From Alphaproteobacteria bacterium (GTDB lineage: Bacteria > Pseudomonadota > Alphaproteobacteria > UBA828), in assembly GCA_965237415.1 (NCBI GenBank), contig CBDEFM010000002.1, positions 320,001 to 384,000 of the forward strand: 64,000 bases of DNA. The letters are read 5' to 3'. Below the pieces are notes generated by a model. It worked only from the letters and a program-made list of their open reading frames with translations. It did no database searches and was not told the origin of the DNA. Positions 21,949 to 32,438 of this stretch are shown here, piece by piece (positions within the stretch are counted from its first letter, which is position 1; the number at the start of each line of letters is the position of its first letter). Both the position numbers and the translations under genes were made by a program.

Positions 21949-24411
21949 GTGGCGGGCGAGGGGGCGCACGCCCCGTCTCGGCCCGGCATCTTCATTGCCG
22001 TGGCTCTGCTCTCGGCCGGCGTGCTGGGCTACGAAATCCTCCTCGCACGTCTGCTGGCGATCGTGCACTGGCATCACTTCGCCTACATGATCATCGCCGT
22101 CGCGCTGCTCGGCTTCGGCGCGGCGGGAAGTTTGGTGGCGGTACTGCAGCGGCCGCTCCTCAGGCATTTCCGGTGGACCTTCGGCGGCGCTGCGCTGGGC
22201 TTCGGTGCCGGCGCGCCGCTGGCCTTTGCCCTCGCGCAGTCGCTCCCCTTCAACGCGCTGGAGATCGCGTGGGATCGCGCGCAGCTTGCCTGGCTCTTCG
22301 CCCTCTATCTCGTGCTTTCGCTGCCGTTCCTCTCGGCGGCGCTGGCGCTGGCGCTGGCCTTCCGGGCGAACGCCGCCCGCGCCGGTGCGCTCTACCGCAT
22401 GGACCTGGTGGGTGCGGGCTTGGGCGCGCTGGGCATGGTCTTCCTGCTCGACGCCCTGCCGCTCGCCGATGCGCTGAGGGTCGTGGGTGTGGTGGGTGCC
22501 GCCTCTGGTGGGATTGTCCTGCTGTGGGGGAGGGCACGACGACTCGCGCGGGGTGGCGCGCTGCTGGCGGTTGCCGCCGGGCTCGCCCTGCCCGCAGCAC
22601 TCCCCGATCACTGGCTGCGCCCGCATCCCTCGCCCTACAAGGGGTTGAGCCTCGCGCTCACAGCACCCGACGCCAGGATCGTCGCCGAGCGTCACGGCCC
22701 GCTCGGCTGGCTCGCCGCGGTGGAGAGCCCGACCGTGCCGTTTCGCCATGCGCCGGGGCTCAGCTTGATGGCGCCCGTCGGCCCGCCGGCGCAGATCGGA
22801 CTTTTCACCGACGGTGGCGCCCCCACCGCGATCACCCGTGCCAACGCCGACCTGCGCTACTTGGAGGCCGAGACCGCCGCGCTCCCCTACCACATGTTGG
22901 AGAGCCCGCCGCGGGTGCTAGTGCTGGGTGCCGGCGGCGGGGCGGAGGTGCTGCGGGCGCTGCACCACGGCGCACGCGCGGTCGATGCCGTGGAGCTGAA
23001 TCCGGACGTGCTCGCCATCGTGCGCGAGGTGCTGGCGGATACGCCGGGTGCCGCGTGGGAGGCCGAAAGTGTCCGCACGCATGTGGCGGACGCACGCAGC
23101 TTCGCCGCGCGTTCGTCCGAACAGTGGGACCTGATTCAGATTGCGCTGGTGGATTCCTTCAGCGCGGCGGCGGCGGGCGTGCACGCGCTCGACGAATCGT
23201 TGCTCTACACGGTCGAAGCGCTCGGAACCTTCCTCGATCGACTTGCCCCCGATGGTGTGCTCGCGGTTACCCGCTGGCTCAAACTGCCGGCGCGCGACGC
23301 GCTGAAGCTGCTTTGGACCGCGCGGGCTGCGCTCGAAGAGCGAGGCGTCGCCGATCCCGCATCCCGGCTCGTCATGATTCGCGGCTGGAAGACCACGACG
23401 CTGGTCATCGGAGGCCGACCGTTCGACCCGCGTGCAATCGCCGGGTTGCGCGCGTTCTCGGACGACTATGCGTTCGACCTGGTCTGGCATCCGGGTATCG
23501 CGGAGGGCGACGCCAACCGCTTCAACAGGCTCGCCGAGCCAGAATTCTATCGCGGTGCTGCCGCCATTTTGGGCCCCGACCTTGAAGACTTCGCCGCCCG
23601 CTACAAGTTCGCGCTCCGGCCCGCGACCGACGACCGCCCGTTCTTCTTCCACAGCTTGAAGTGGGCGACGCTCCCCGAGCTGCTCGCGCTTCGCGCGCAG
23701 GGCGGTCTGCCCCTGGTGGAATGGGGCTTCGTCATCCTGGTCGCGACTCTGGTGCAGGGCACCATCGCGGCGGCGCTCCTGATCCTCCTGCCTCTACTCG
23801 TGCTCCGCGCCCCGCGCAGGTTGGGTGCATCCGCGCCGCCGCGCTGGCGTGTCATGGTGTTCTTCGCGAGCCTCGGGCTCGCCTTCCTCTTCATCGAGAT
23901 CGCGTTCATGCAGCGCTTCGCGGTCTTTCTCGGGCATCCGCTCTACGCCATCGCGGTGGTGCTCGCCGGCCTTCTGGTTTTCGCCGGCCTCGGCGCCGGC
24001 GCGACGGAGCGCCTCGCTCGCCTGGCCGGCCGCCGTCCACCGATCGTACTCGCCGCGGCCGGCATCATCGTCGTCGTCGGCGTCTATATCGGGCTCCTGC
24101 CCTGGGTCTTCGAGGCCGCACAGGGGTGGCCGACGGCGGCGCGGCTCGCGGTCGCGCTCGCGCTGCTCGGGCCCATCGGGTTTCTCTTGGGCATGCCCTT
24201 CCCACTCGGACTCAAGGCGCTCGGCGACCGCGCGCCGCTGCTCGTACCCTGGGCCTGGGGAATCAACGCCTGCGCGTCGGTGGTCAGTGCGTCTCTTGCG
24301 ACCTTCATTGCGTTGCACGTCGGCTTCACGCCCGTGCTCGGCTGTGCTTTGGTGCTCTATGCCCTCGCTGCTGCCGTCCCACCGCAGGCGGCGGCGGATG
24401 CGGCGCGATAG
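21949..24411 (+). CDS. Multi-pass membrane protein with a central spermidine-synthase-like SAM-binding domain
   Basis: TM blocks flank VLVLGAGGG...AVELNP, LYTVEA, PATDDRPFF; WAWGINACASV. Confidence 0.8.
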   Translation: MAGEGAHAPSRPGIFIAVALLSAGVLGYEILLARLLAIVHWHHFAYMIIAVALLGFGAAGSLVAVLQRPLLRHFRWTFGGAALGFGAGAPLAFALAQSLPFNALEIAWDRAQLAWLFALYLVLSLPFLSAALALALAFRANAARAGALYRMDLVGAGLGALGMVFLLDALPLADALRVVGVVGAASGGIVLLWGRARRLARGGALLAVAAGLALPAALPDHWLRPHPSPYKGLSLALTAPDARIVAERHGPLGWLAAVESPTVPFRHAPGLSLMAPVGPPAQIGLFTDGGAPTAITRANADLRYLEAETAALPYHMLESPPRVLVLGAGGGAEVLRALHHGARAVDAVELNPDVLAIVREVLADTPGAAWEAESVRTHVADARSFAARSSEQWDLIQIALVDSFSAAAAGVHALDESLLYTVEALGTFLDRLAPDGVLAVTRWLKLPARDALKLLWTARAALEERGVADPASRLVMIRGWKTTTLVIGGRPFDPRAIAGLRAFSDDYAFDLVWHPGIAEGDANRFNRLAEPEFYRGAAAILGPDLEDFAARYKFALRPATDDRPFFFHSLKWATLPELLALRAQGGLPLVEWGFVILVATLVQGTIAAALLILLPLLVLRAPRRLGASAPPRWRVMVFFASLGLAFLFIEIAFMQRFAVFLGHPLYAIAVVLAGLLVFAGLGAGATERLARLAGRRPPIVLAAAGIIVVVGVYIGLLPWVFEAAQGWPTAARLAVALALLGPIGFLLGMPFPLGLKALGDRAPLLVPWAWGINACASVVSASLATFIALHVGFTPVLGCALVLYALAAAVPPQAAADAAR

Positions 24412-24435
24412 CCTCGCACCCTGGAGAAACCGGCG

Positions 24436-25155
24436 ATGAAGTTCCTCGTGCTTCAGCACATCGACATCGAGCATCCCGGCATTTTCCGCGACTTCATGCG
24501 CGCCGACGGAATCGCCTGGGACACGGTCGAGCTCGACGAGGGCGAGGCGATCCCGCCTCTCGACGGCTACGACGCGCTGATCTCCATGGGGGGGCCGATG
24601 GATGTCTTCGAGGAGGATGCCCACCCCTGGCTCGCCGACGAAAAGGTGGCGATTCGCGAGGCAGTCGCCGGGCGCGACATGCCCTTCCTCGGCGTCTGCC
24701 TCGGCCATCAGCTCCTCGCCGACGCGCTCGGCGGCCAGGTGGAGACGATGGCCGAGCCCGAGGTCGGCATCATGACCGTCGACCTGACCGAAGCCGGACG
24801 CGGCGATCCGCTGCTCGCCGGGCTCGATCCGACCGTGACCTGCCTGCAATGGCACGGCTGCGCGGTGACCGCGATGCCCGAGGGCGCCGTCAGTCTGGCC
24901 GAGTCAGAGCTGTGTGCCGTCCAGGCGCTCCGCGTCGGCCGCCATGCCTACGGGCTGCAGTATCACGTGGAACTCACGCCCACGACGGTCGCCGATTGGG
25001 GCGCCGTGCCCGCCTACCAGGATTCGCTGGAACGGGCGCTCGGCCCCGACGGTCTCGCGCCGTTCGAAGCCGAGGCCGCCCGGAACATGCCGTCCTTCAA
25101 CCGCGACGCCCGCATCCTCTACGACAATTTCATCGGCGTGGTTCGCGGCGCTTAG
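24436..25155 (+). CDS. Class I glutamine amidotransferase-like protein
   Basis: MGGPM, GVCLGHQ, QYHVE. Confidence 0.9.
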   Translation: MKFLVLQHIDIEHPGIFRDFMRADGIAWDTVELDEGEAIPPLDGYDALISMGGPMDVFEEDAHPWLADEKVAIREAVAGRDMPFLGVCLGHQLLADALGGQVETMAEPEVGIMTVDLTEAGRGDPLLAGLDPTVTCLQWHGCAVTAMPEGAVSLAESELCAVQALRVGRHAYGLQYHVELTPTTVADWGAVPAYQDSLERALGPDGLAPFEAEAARNMPSFNRDARILYDNFIGVVRGA

Positions 25156-26276
25156 GGAGCGCCCCCCTGCGGCGGTGCTGGCGGCCAGTCGGGCACCGGC
25201 GGCGGCGCGTCGAGGGGTGCAAGCCAGGTGACGTGGCCCATCTTGCGACCGGTGCGCGCCTCATCCTTGCCGTAGAGATGGAGGTGCGCAGCCGGGTCAG
25301 CGGCGAGTGTCTGCCAATGCTCGACATCGGCGCCGATCAGGTTCTTCATGGCGGCATTGGCCCGTCTCGCGGTGGAGCCCAGCGGCAGGCTGCAGACGGC
25401 GCGGATGTGCTGTGCGAACTGGCTGGTCTCGCACCCTTCAATGGTCCAGTGGCCGGAATTGTGGACGCGGGGGGCGATTTCGTTGACCAGCAGTTGGCCG
25501 CTTTGGGTGACGAACAGCTCGACGCAAAGAGCCCCGACGTGGTCAAGCGCCTGGGCGATGCGCTCGGCGCCGTCCCGCGCGGCCGCTGCGAGAGCGGGGG
25601 AGACGTCGGCCGGTGCCAGCGTCAGGTCGAGGATGCCGTTCACGTGGCGGTTCTCGACCGGATCGAAGCTCGCCACCCGCCCGTCCGGCGCGCGGGCAAC
25701 GATCACCGAGACCTCGCGTTCGATCGCGACCAGCGCTTCCAGGATCGCCGGCCGGCCGTCGAGCGTGCCGTACCAGGCGTCGCGCAGATCGTCGCCTGCC
25801 GCCAGCACGAACTGGCCCTTTCCGTCATAGCCGAGGGTCTGGGTCTTGAGCACGGCGGGACGGCCGATCAGCGGGTCCGCCGCATCGGCATCGGCGTCTT
25901 CCTCGATAGGCGCATAAGGCGTCGCCTCCAACCCGAGGCCGCACACGAAATCCTTTTCGGAGATGCGGTTCTGCGCAACTTGGAGCGAGCGGGCGCCCGG
26001 CCGGACCGGAACCCGGTCCCTGAGCCGTTCCAGCGCCGATGCCGGCACGTTCTCGAACTCGACGGTGACGACATCCACCGCCGCGCCGAAGGCATCCAGT
26101 GCCGCGGTATCGTCATAGGCCGCCACGGTCTCGGCGGCCGAGACCTGCGCGGCAGGACCGCCTGGCTCCGGCGAGAAAATATGGCAGCGATAGCCGAGAG
26201 GCGCGGCGGCGATCGCCAGCATCCGGCCGAGCTGGCCGCCGCCGAGAATGCCGATGGTCCCGCCAGGCGCGATCAC
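25152..26276 (-). CDS. purK: N5-carboxyaminoimidazole ribonucleotide synthase
   Basis: GILGGGQLGRM, GYDGKGQ, NEIAPRVHNSGH, GRKMGH. Confidence 0.95.
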   Translation of the reverse strand: MIAPGGTIGILGGGQLGRMLAIAAAPLGYRCHIFSPEPGGPAAQVSAAETVAAYDDTAALDAFGAAVDVVTVEFENVPASALERLRDRVPVRPGARSLQVAQNRISEKDFVCGLGLEATPYAPIEEDADADAADPLIGRPAVLKTQTLGYDGKGQFVLAAGDDLRDAWYGTLDGRPAILEALVAIEREVSVIVARAPDGRVASFDPVENRHVNGILDLTLAPADVSPALAAAARDGAERIAQALDHVGALCVELFVTQSGQLLVNEIAPRVHNSGHWTIEGCETSQFAQHIRAVCSLPLGSTARRANAAMKNLIGADVEHWQTLAADPAAHLHLYGKDEARTGRKMGHVTWLAPLDAPPPVPDWPPAPPQGGAP

Positions 26277-26280
26277 GGGA

Positions 26281-26772
26281 TCAGGACTGCGGCGTCTCGG
26301 CGACTGCGGCGGTCTGATTGGCCCGCCACGTATCGAGCGCGGCGGCCACCCGCTCATCCCCGAGCGCCACGATGGCAGCAGCAAGCAAAGCCGCATTGAC
26401 CGCGCCCGCGCGCCCGATGGCGACCGTGCCGACCGGCACACCGGCCGGCATCTGGACGATGGAGAGCAGGCTGTCCATCCCCTTCAGGCTCTTGCTCTCG
26501 ACCGGCACGCCGATCACCGGAATGGGAGTCATCGAGGCGGTCATGCCGGGCAGGTGCGCAGCGCCGCCCGCGCCGGCGACGATCACCTTGAGGCCGCGTT
26601 CGCGGGCTTCGTCGGCGTACGCATAGAGCCGCCGGGGCGTGCGGTGGGCCGAGACGATGCGTGTCTCGAACGGGACTCCCAGCGCCTCCAGCGTCTCGGC
26701 GGCATGGCGCATGGTTTCCCAGTCGGACTGGCTCCCCATGATGATCCCGACCAGGGCGGTGGTCTCCGTCAT
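26281..26772 (-). CDS. purE: N5-CAIR mutase
   Basis: [30 protein letters not shown]. Confidence 0.97.
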   Translation of the reverse strand: MTETTALVGIIMGSQSDWETMRHAAETLEALGVPFETRIVSAHRTPRRLYAYADEARERGLKVIVAGAGGAAHLPGMTASMTPIPVIGVPVESKSLKGMDSLLSIVQMPAGVPVGTVAIGRAGAVNAALLAAAIVALGDERVAAALDTWRANQTAAVAETPQS

Positions 26773-26937
26773 GGTGTTCTTCCTTTCCGGCTCACGGGTT
26801 GCGGCGCCGCGTGCTACTCTGCCGCTGGTGTGCGGCCGCAGGCAGTGTGCTTGCCGCCTTCACAGCCTTGGCGCCGCGTGCTATAGAGCCGCGCGCGACG
26901 CAATGAAACCCGAAATCGTGCGAAGGGAACCAGACAT

Positions 26938-27141
26938 TTGGTCCATGTAGTCGTACGCGAAAACAATGTCGATCAGGCGCTGAAAGCACTTAAGAAAAAG
27001 ATGCAGCGCGAAGGAATCTTCCGGGAAATGAAGATGCGCCGCCACTACGAAAAACCCTCGGAGCGGCGGGCGCGGGAGAAGGCAGAGGCGATCCGGCGCG
27101 CCCGGAAACTCGCCCGCAAACGCGCGCAGCGCGAGGAATAG
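26938..27141 (+). CDS. rpsU: 30S ribosomal protein S21
   Basis: [18 protein letters not shown]...YEKPSE. Confidence 0.95.
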   Translation: MVHVVVRENNVDQALKALKKKMQREGIFREMKMRRHYEKPSERRAREKAEAIRRARKLARKRAQREE

Positions 27142-27247
27142 TTTCCGCCCCAGAGTGGGCGGCGCCGTTTCCTAACAATTTCCCGCTTCGTTCGTCGCAC
27201 GCGCCGCTATGGCGCGGGCCGATGCAATTCCGTAATGAGACTCGGGA

Positions 27248-28630
27248 TCAGAGGGATTTCACGATCTCCTCGACCATTTTCTTTGCGTCGCCGAAAAGCA
27301 TCATCGTGTTGTCCCTGTAGAACACCGGATTGTCGATACCCGCATAACCGGGCGCCAGCGAGCGCTTGACGAACAACACGGTCTTGCAGAGCTCCACATC
27401 GAGGATCGGCATGCCCGCGATCGGGCTCTGCGGATCGGTCTTCGCCACCGAATTGACCACGTCGTTAGCGCCGATCACGAAGGCGACATCGGTATTGGGC
27501 ATGTCGCTGTTGATGTCCTCGAGCGCAAAAACCTCGTCATAGGGGACGTTGGCCTCGGCCAGCAGCACGTTCATGTGGCCCGGCATGCGGCCGGCGACGG
27601 GGTGAATGGCGTAGCGGACGTCGACCCCTTCCTTCTGGAGCAGACCGGCCATCTCGCGCACGGCGTGCTGGGCCTGGGCGACAGCGAGGCCGTAGCCCGG
27701 CACGATCACCACGGTACCCGCGTTGCGCATGATGAAGGCGGCGTCGTCGGCACTGCCCGCCTTGTGGGTGCGGTCGGCCGCCGTGGCCGGCCGCGAGGAA
27801 TCGGTGCCGAAGCCGCCCAGGATCACGCTGATGAAGGAGCGGTTCATCGCGTGGCACATGATGTAACTCAGGATCGCGCCGGCCGAGCCCACCAGGGCGC
27901 CGACCACGATGAGCACGGTGTTCTCGAGGGTGAAGCCGATACCCGCCGCTGCCCATCCCGAATAGGAGTTCAGCATCGAGATCACCACCGGCATGTCCGC
28001 ACCGCCGATGGGGACGATCAACAGCACGCCCAAGAGCAGCGCGAGGCCTGTCATGGCCCAGAACACGCTCTCCTGCTGCTCGATGGAAAATATTCCGCCG
28101 AGCGCGACAATCGCGATGATGAGCGCAAGGTTGAGCAAATGCTGGCCGCGGAAGACCAGCGGCGCGCCGGTCATCAGCTCCTGAAGCTTGGCGAAGGCGA
28201 CGACCGAGCCGGTAAAGGTGAGGGCGCCGATCACCACGCCGAAGCACATCTCGATCCGGCTCACCAGCCTGATGTCGCCCGGCGTACCGATGTGGAACGT
28301 TTCCGGCGCATAGAGCGCGGCGCCGGCGACAAGCACCGCGGCGAGCCCCACCAGGCTGTGGAATGCCGCTACCAGCTGCGGCATTGCGGTCATGCGGATG
28401 CGGAGAGCGATCACTGTGCCGATCAATCCGCCGACGGCGATGCCGATGCCGATCCACAAATAGTCCTCGACCCCCGGCTGACCGAGGGTCGTACCGATCG
28501 CGATCAGCATGCCGGCGATGCCGAAGATATTGCCGCTGCGCGCGGTCGCGGGCGACGAAAGGCCCCGCAGGGCCATGATGAAACAGACGCCGGCGATCAG
28601 ATAGAGGATCGCCGCCAAATTGGAGGTCAT
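27248..28630 (-). CDS. pntB: NAD(P) transhydrogenase beta subunit
   Basis: MPQLVAAFHSLVG, GGADMPVV, HPVAGRMPGHMNV. Confidence 0.96.
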   Translation of the reverse strand: MTSNLAAILYLIAGVCFIMALRGLSSPATARSGNIFGIAGMLIAIGTTLGQPGVEDYLWIGIGIAVGGLIGTVIALRIRMTAMPQLVAAFHSLVGLAAVLVAGAALYAPETFHIGTPGDIRLVSRIEMCFGVVIGALTFTGSVVAFAKLQELMTGAPLVFRGQHLLNLALIIAIVALGGIFSIEQQESVFWAMTGLALLLGVLLIVPIGGADMPVVISMLNSYSGWAAAGIGFTLENTVLIVVGALVGSAGAILSYIMCHAMNRSFISVILGGFGTDSSRPATAADRTHKAGSADDAAFIMRNAGTVVIVPGYGLAVAQAQHAVREMAGLLQKEGVDVRYAIHPVAGRMPGHMNVLLAEANVPYDEVFALEDINSDMPNTDVAFVIGANDVVNSVAKTDPQSPIAGMPILDVELCKTVLFVKRSLAPGYAGIDNPVFYRDNTMMLFGDAKKMVEEIVKSL

Positions 28631-28642
28631 GTGAAGAGCCGC

Positions 28643-28942
28643 CTATTTCTTCTTGAACATCGAAAGCATGCGTTGGGTGACGGTGAATCCTCCGAAAATG
28701 TTGACTGCAGCAAGGCCGACGGCGACTCCGCCCAAAATCTTGGCTACAACGCTGCCCTCGGCCGGCGTTACGGCCAGCAGCGCGCCCACGATGATCACGC
28801 TCGAAATGGCGTTGGTGACCGACATGAGTGGCGTGTGCAGCGCAGGTGTGACGCTCCACACCACGTAGTATCCGATGAACACCGCGAGCACGAAGATCGT
28901 GACAGCGATGACCAGCGGATGCAGCTCGAGCACGTGCTCCAC
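28643..28942 (-). CDS. pntAB: NAD(P) transhydrogenase alpha-2 subunit
   Basis: [23 protein letters not shown]. Confidence 0.93.
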   Translation of the reverse strand: MEHVLELHPLVIAVTIFVLAVFIGYYVVWSVTPALHTPLMSVTNAISSVIIVGALLAVTPAEGSVVAKILGGVAVGLAAVNIFGGFTVTQRMLSMFKKK

Positions 28943-28944
28943 GG

Positions 28945-30096
28945 CTAGATCTCTTTGCCCTGGAGCGCCGGGTTCACCACCGCGCCGCCCTTCGTCAGCA
29001 AGGCCCCCCGTATCACCTCGTCCTCCCAATCGATGTCGAGGGTGCGGCTCTCCCGATTGATCATCGGTTCGATGAAGTTAAACAGGTTGCGCGCATAGAG
29101 TGTGCTGGTATCGACCGGGACCCGCGCCGGGTAGTTGGCGTGGCCGACGATGGTAACGCCGTTTCGAACGATCACCTGGTCGTGGGCGCTCAACGCGCAA
29201 TTGCCGCCGCCCTCGATGGCCAGATCGACGATCACAGAGCCGGGCTTCATGTCTTCGACCATCGCTTCCGTGATCAGTACCGGGGCGGGTTTGCCCGGGA
29301 TCTGCGCCGTGGTGATGCAGATATCGTGCTTCGCCAGCGTCTCGTGGATGAGCGCGGCCTGGCGCTCCTTGTACGCGTCGCCCATCTCCCTGGCATAGCC
29401 GCCTGCGGTCTCGGCGTTCCCGGCGTCGGCATCGACGGAGATGAACTTGGCGCCGAGGCTCTCGACCTGTTCCTTGACGGCGGGGCGCACGTCGAAGGCC
29501 GAGACCAGCGCGCCGAGGCGCTTGGCCGTCGCGATCGCCTGAAGCCCGGCGACGCCTGCTCCGAGCACGACCACCCGTGCCGGCGCGATGGTGCCGGCAG
29601 CCGTCATCATCATAGGCAGGATGCGGCCGAAGTGATCGGCCGCGTCGATCACCGCCTTGTAGCCGGCGATATTGCTCTGTGATGAGAGCGCATCCATCGA
29701 CTGCGCGCGGCTGATGCGCGGGATCAGCTCCATCGCAAAGGAGGTGACGCCATGGGCCGCGAATCGGGCAACCTGTTCACGCTGTTGCAGGGGCGCGAGC
29801 AGTCCCACCAGGATCGCTTCCGGGTTCACCAGAGAGAGCTCGTCGGCCGCATTTCCGTCGCAGAGCGGGGCGCGAACCTTGGCCACGAGATCGGAGTCGC
29901 CGTAAATCGTCTGCGCATCAACCACGATGCGCGCGCCGGCCTCCGCCAGCACCTCATCCGCCATCTGTGCGCCGGCCCCGGCGCCGCTTTCCACCAGCAC
30001 CTCGACGCCGAGGGCTGCAAATTTCTTGATGGAATCCGGGGAGGCGGCGACTCGGGTTTCGCCCGGCACGATCTCCTTCGGAACCCCGATTCTCAT
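28945..30096 (-). CDS. pntAA: NAD(P) transhydrogenase alpha-1 subunit
   Basis: [26 protein letters not shown]. Confidence 0.95.
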   Translation of the reverse strand: MRIGVPKEIVPGETRVAASPDSIKKFAALGVEVLVESGAGAGAQMADEVLAEAGARIVVDAQTIYGDSDLVAKVRAPLCDGNAADELSLVNPEAILVGLLAPLQQREQVARFAAHGVTSFAMELIPRISRAQSMDALSSQSNIAGYKAVIDAADHFGRILPMMMTAAGTIAPARVVVLGAGVAGLQAIATAKRLGALVSAFDVRPAVKEQVESLGAKFISVDADAGNAETAGGYAREMGDAYKERQAALIHETLAKHDICITTAQIPGKPAPVLITEAMVEDMKPGSVIVDLAIEGGGNCALSAHDQVIVRNGVTIVGHANYPARVPVDTSTLYARNLFNFIEPMINRESRTLDIDWEDEVIRGALLTKGGAVVNPALQGKEI

Positions 30097-30223
30097 GCCC
30101 GCATCAACTCCGCCTGCCCGGGAGCGGCGCCACAATGCCCCGCCCGATGCGGTTTGCCAAGGCCCGTCTCCGGCTCGCGGGATGGGACCGGATGGCGCGT
30201 CTGATCCGGGCTGTGACAGGACA

Positions 30224-31570
30224 TCAAGCGGCCTCGGGCACGCCGCAAAGGTCGAGCGCGGCCACCTGCCGGCGCGTCAATTGAGCGGCGTCGAAGTCCT
30301 CTATGAGCGCCTCGACGAGGCGATGCCAGTTGAGCTCCGCCTTCAGATGAAGAAAGACCGAGCCGAGGCCGATCGCCGAGCGGTCCATCAGCACGAACTC
30401 GCGGGGCGGGGTTACGCCACCAAGGCGCCGGATCTCCCGATGCACCTTGGCCGCGACCTCGCCGCCAAAGCGGCCGCTTCCCGATTCGTCGATCAGCCGG
30501 GTCCGGTCGTCGATCAGGGGCCCGTAAATGTAGTCGGCCCAAATGTTGAGCGCGTCGACCATCTCGTTCGACAGATCGGTGAATCCCCAGGTTTCGTACG
30601 CGTGAATCGCGAGGTCGCGATCATCGTTCTTGACTGCGTGGTAGAGGTTGATCACGCCCTGGACGAAGCGGCTTCCGAACACGCGGATGCAGCCGTAGTC
30701 GAGAAGATTGACCTCGCCGTCGGGACGAACCGTGTAGTTGCCGAGGTGTGGATCGCCGTGGAGAACACCATAGCGGTAGAACGGCACGTACCAGGCGTTG
30801 AACATATGCTGCGCGATGTCGTTGCGCCGCTCGACCGGGGCCTCCTTGAAGTCGAGGAGAGGCGCGCCATCGAGCCAGCTCATGGTAAGCAACCGCTTGG
30901 TCGAGAGGGCGCTCTCGACCACTGGCACGTGAACGCCCGGTTCGTCGCTCAGTATCTCGCCGTAGAGGGCCATGTGGCGGGCCTCGCGCTCATAGTCGAG
31001 CTCCTCGCGAAGCCGGGCTGCGATCTCGGCGTGGATCTCGCCGGTATCGATGGCCCGGTCGTAACGGGCATAGACCGCGAAGATGAGCTTGAGCTGACGA
31101 ATGTCGGCCGATACCGCCGACGCCATGTCCGGGTATTGCAGTTTGCAGGCGAGCGCTGCGCCGTCGTGTCCCGTGGCGCGGTGCACTTGGCCGAGAGAGG
31201 CTGCGGCTGCAGCCTCCATCTCGAAATCTGCGAAGGCAGAGCGCCAGTCGGGTCCGAGCTCGGCGGCCATGCGCCGCTTGACGAATCCCCAGCCCATCGC
31301 CGGTGCTCGCGACTGGAGGGCGCCGAGCGCCTCGGAATACTCGTCCGGAAGGCCGCCGGGGACCGTCGCGAGCAGCTGCGCGACCTTCATCAACGGCCCC
31401 TTGAGGCCGCCGAGCGCGCGCCCGAGCTCGGCGGCGTTCCGCTCCCGATCCGCGGGTAGGCCGAGATAGCGCTGCCCCGCCATGCGCGCGGCGATTCCGC
31501 CTACGGAGGTGCCGACCCGCGCGTAGCGGCGCACACGCCCGCTCAGCCTGTCGCCCTCCCGATCCGGCAT
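30224..31570 (-). CDS. ABC1/UbiB/COQ8-family atypical kinase
   Basis: MKVAQ, AAASLGQVH, KLQYP, EELDY, HGDPHLGN, LDYG. Confidence 0.9.
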   Translation of the reverse strand: MPDREGDRLSGRVRRYARVGTSVGGIAARMAGQRYLGLPADRERNAAELGRALGGLKGPLMKVAQLLATVPGGLPDEYSEALGALQSRAPAMGWGFVKRRMAAELGPDWRSAFADFEMEAAAAASLGQVHRATGHDGAALACKLQYPDMASAVSADIRQLKLIFAVYARYDRAIDTGEIHAEIAARLREELDYEREARHMALYGEILSDEPGVHVPVVESALSTKRLLTMSWLDGAPLLDFKEAPVERRNDIAQHMFNAWYVPFYRYGVLHGDPHLGNYTVRPDGEVNLLDYGCIRVFGSRFVQGVINLYHAVKNDDRDLAIHAYETWGFTDLSNEMVDALNIWADYIYGPLIDDRTRLIDESGSGRFGGEVAAKVHREIRRLGGVTPPREFVLMDRSAIGLGSVFLHLKAELNWHRLVEALIEDFDAAQLTRRQVAALDLCGVPEAA

Positions 31571-31996
31571 GCTCGAAGCCTCTACGCTTGTTCTCTCAGG
31601 ACCTGGGCCCGCGCCAGACCGTTACTTGAGATTCCCCGATAACGCATTGTTTCAACGGATAATCTCTCCCAAGGTGGCGTGACCGAAGGATGAATCCAGT
31701 TGTACGAGAAGTGCGGGGGAATGGAGAACTCGCCTGCGCATTCGTATGGGTGCCTGTTATACCGCGTGGTCAGCATAGTCGATTCCCACCCGTGGGAAAC
31801 GGTACCGCTCTGAACGGACTTGGGGCCGCGCGTGCCGTGCCACCGGGTCAAGCATGATCACATTACCGCGATAACATCGCCGCGCCACTTCCCGCCGATG
31901 CCCGCTTGTCCCATTATGAGAGTTGGTTCCGCTTGGACCGCCTGGGCAGGCGATCGCGCGCAGCCAATAACCAAAATCTGCGAGGAGAGGCTACCG

Positions 31997-32218
31997 ATGA
32001 TCAAAGAAACCGTCATTGCAGTGAGCGTAATCACGATGGCGGCGGGCGCCGCGCTTGCACCCACGGCCGCCTCGGCCGGGGAGCAGCCGCTCGTCGTCGC
32101 GGACTCGCACGATGCGTGCAACCCCTGCAACCCGTGCGGCGGGTGCAACCCCTGTGCGGTCGATGAAGAAGACCCGTGCAATCCTTGTGGCGGGTGCAAC
32201 CCGTGCGCAAGCAGCTAG
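31997..32218 (+). CDS. Secreted 73-aa Cys-rich peptide with CNPC/CGGC repeats
   Basis: RBS GAGGAGAGG, signal peptide ending ASA, 9 Cys, own terminator. Confidence 0.8.
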   Translation: MIKETVIAVSVITMAAGAALAPTAASAGEQPLVVADSHDACNPCNPCGGCNPCAVDEEDPCNPCGGCNPCASS

Positions 32219-32242
32219 TTATCTGACACACGATTCTCCCGG

Positions 32243-32278
32243 AGAACGCCGCCCCTGACGGGGCGGCGTTCTTTTCTT
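32243..32278 (+). terminator. Rho-independent terminator
   Basis: 13-bp stem AGAACGCCGCCCC/GGGGCGGCGTTCT plus T-run. Confidence 0.85.
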
Positions 32279-32438
32279 GTAGACTTTCGGTCGTGCGATT
32301 CCAGCGGTGGACGAAGCTAGGCCGGTTGTGTTGGGATTGTACCGCGGCGATTGTCGTCCCTCGTGTTAGCCGCATGGGTACGATGGATGCCGCGCTTGAT
32401 AGAGGGCAATTGGCGCCTCACACGAGCGGGAGGATCGG

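Noticed and set aside
23661-26399. Long Arg/Ala/Pro-rich ORFs (also 8775-10802, 11624-13471, 21348-23585, 45172-47022)
   Set aside because: Shadow frames of real high-GC genes with no recognisable motifs.
31582-31851. 89-aa ORF upstream of the Cys-rich peptide
   Set aside because: No RBS or motif and atypical composition; likely intergenic.
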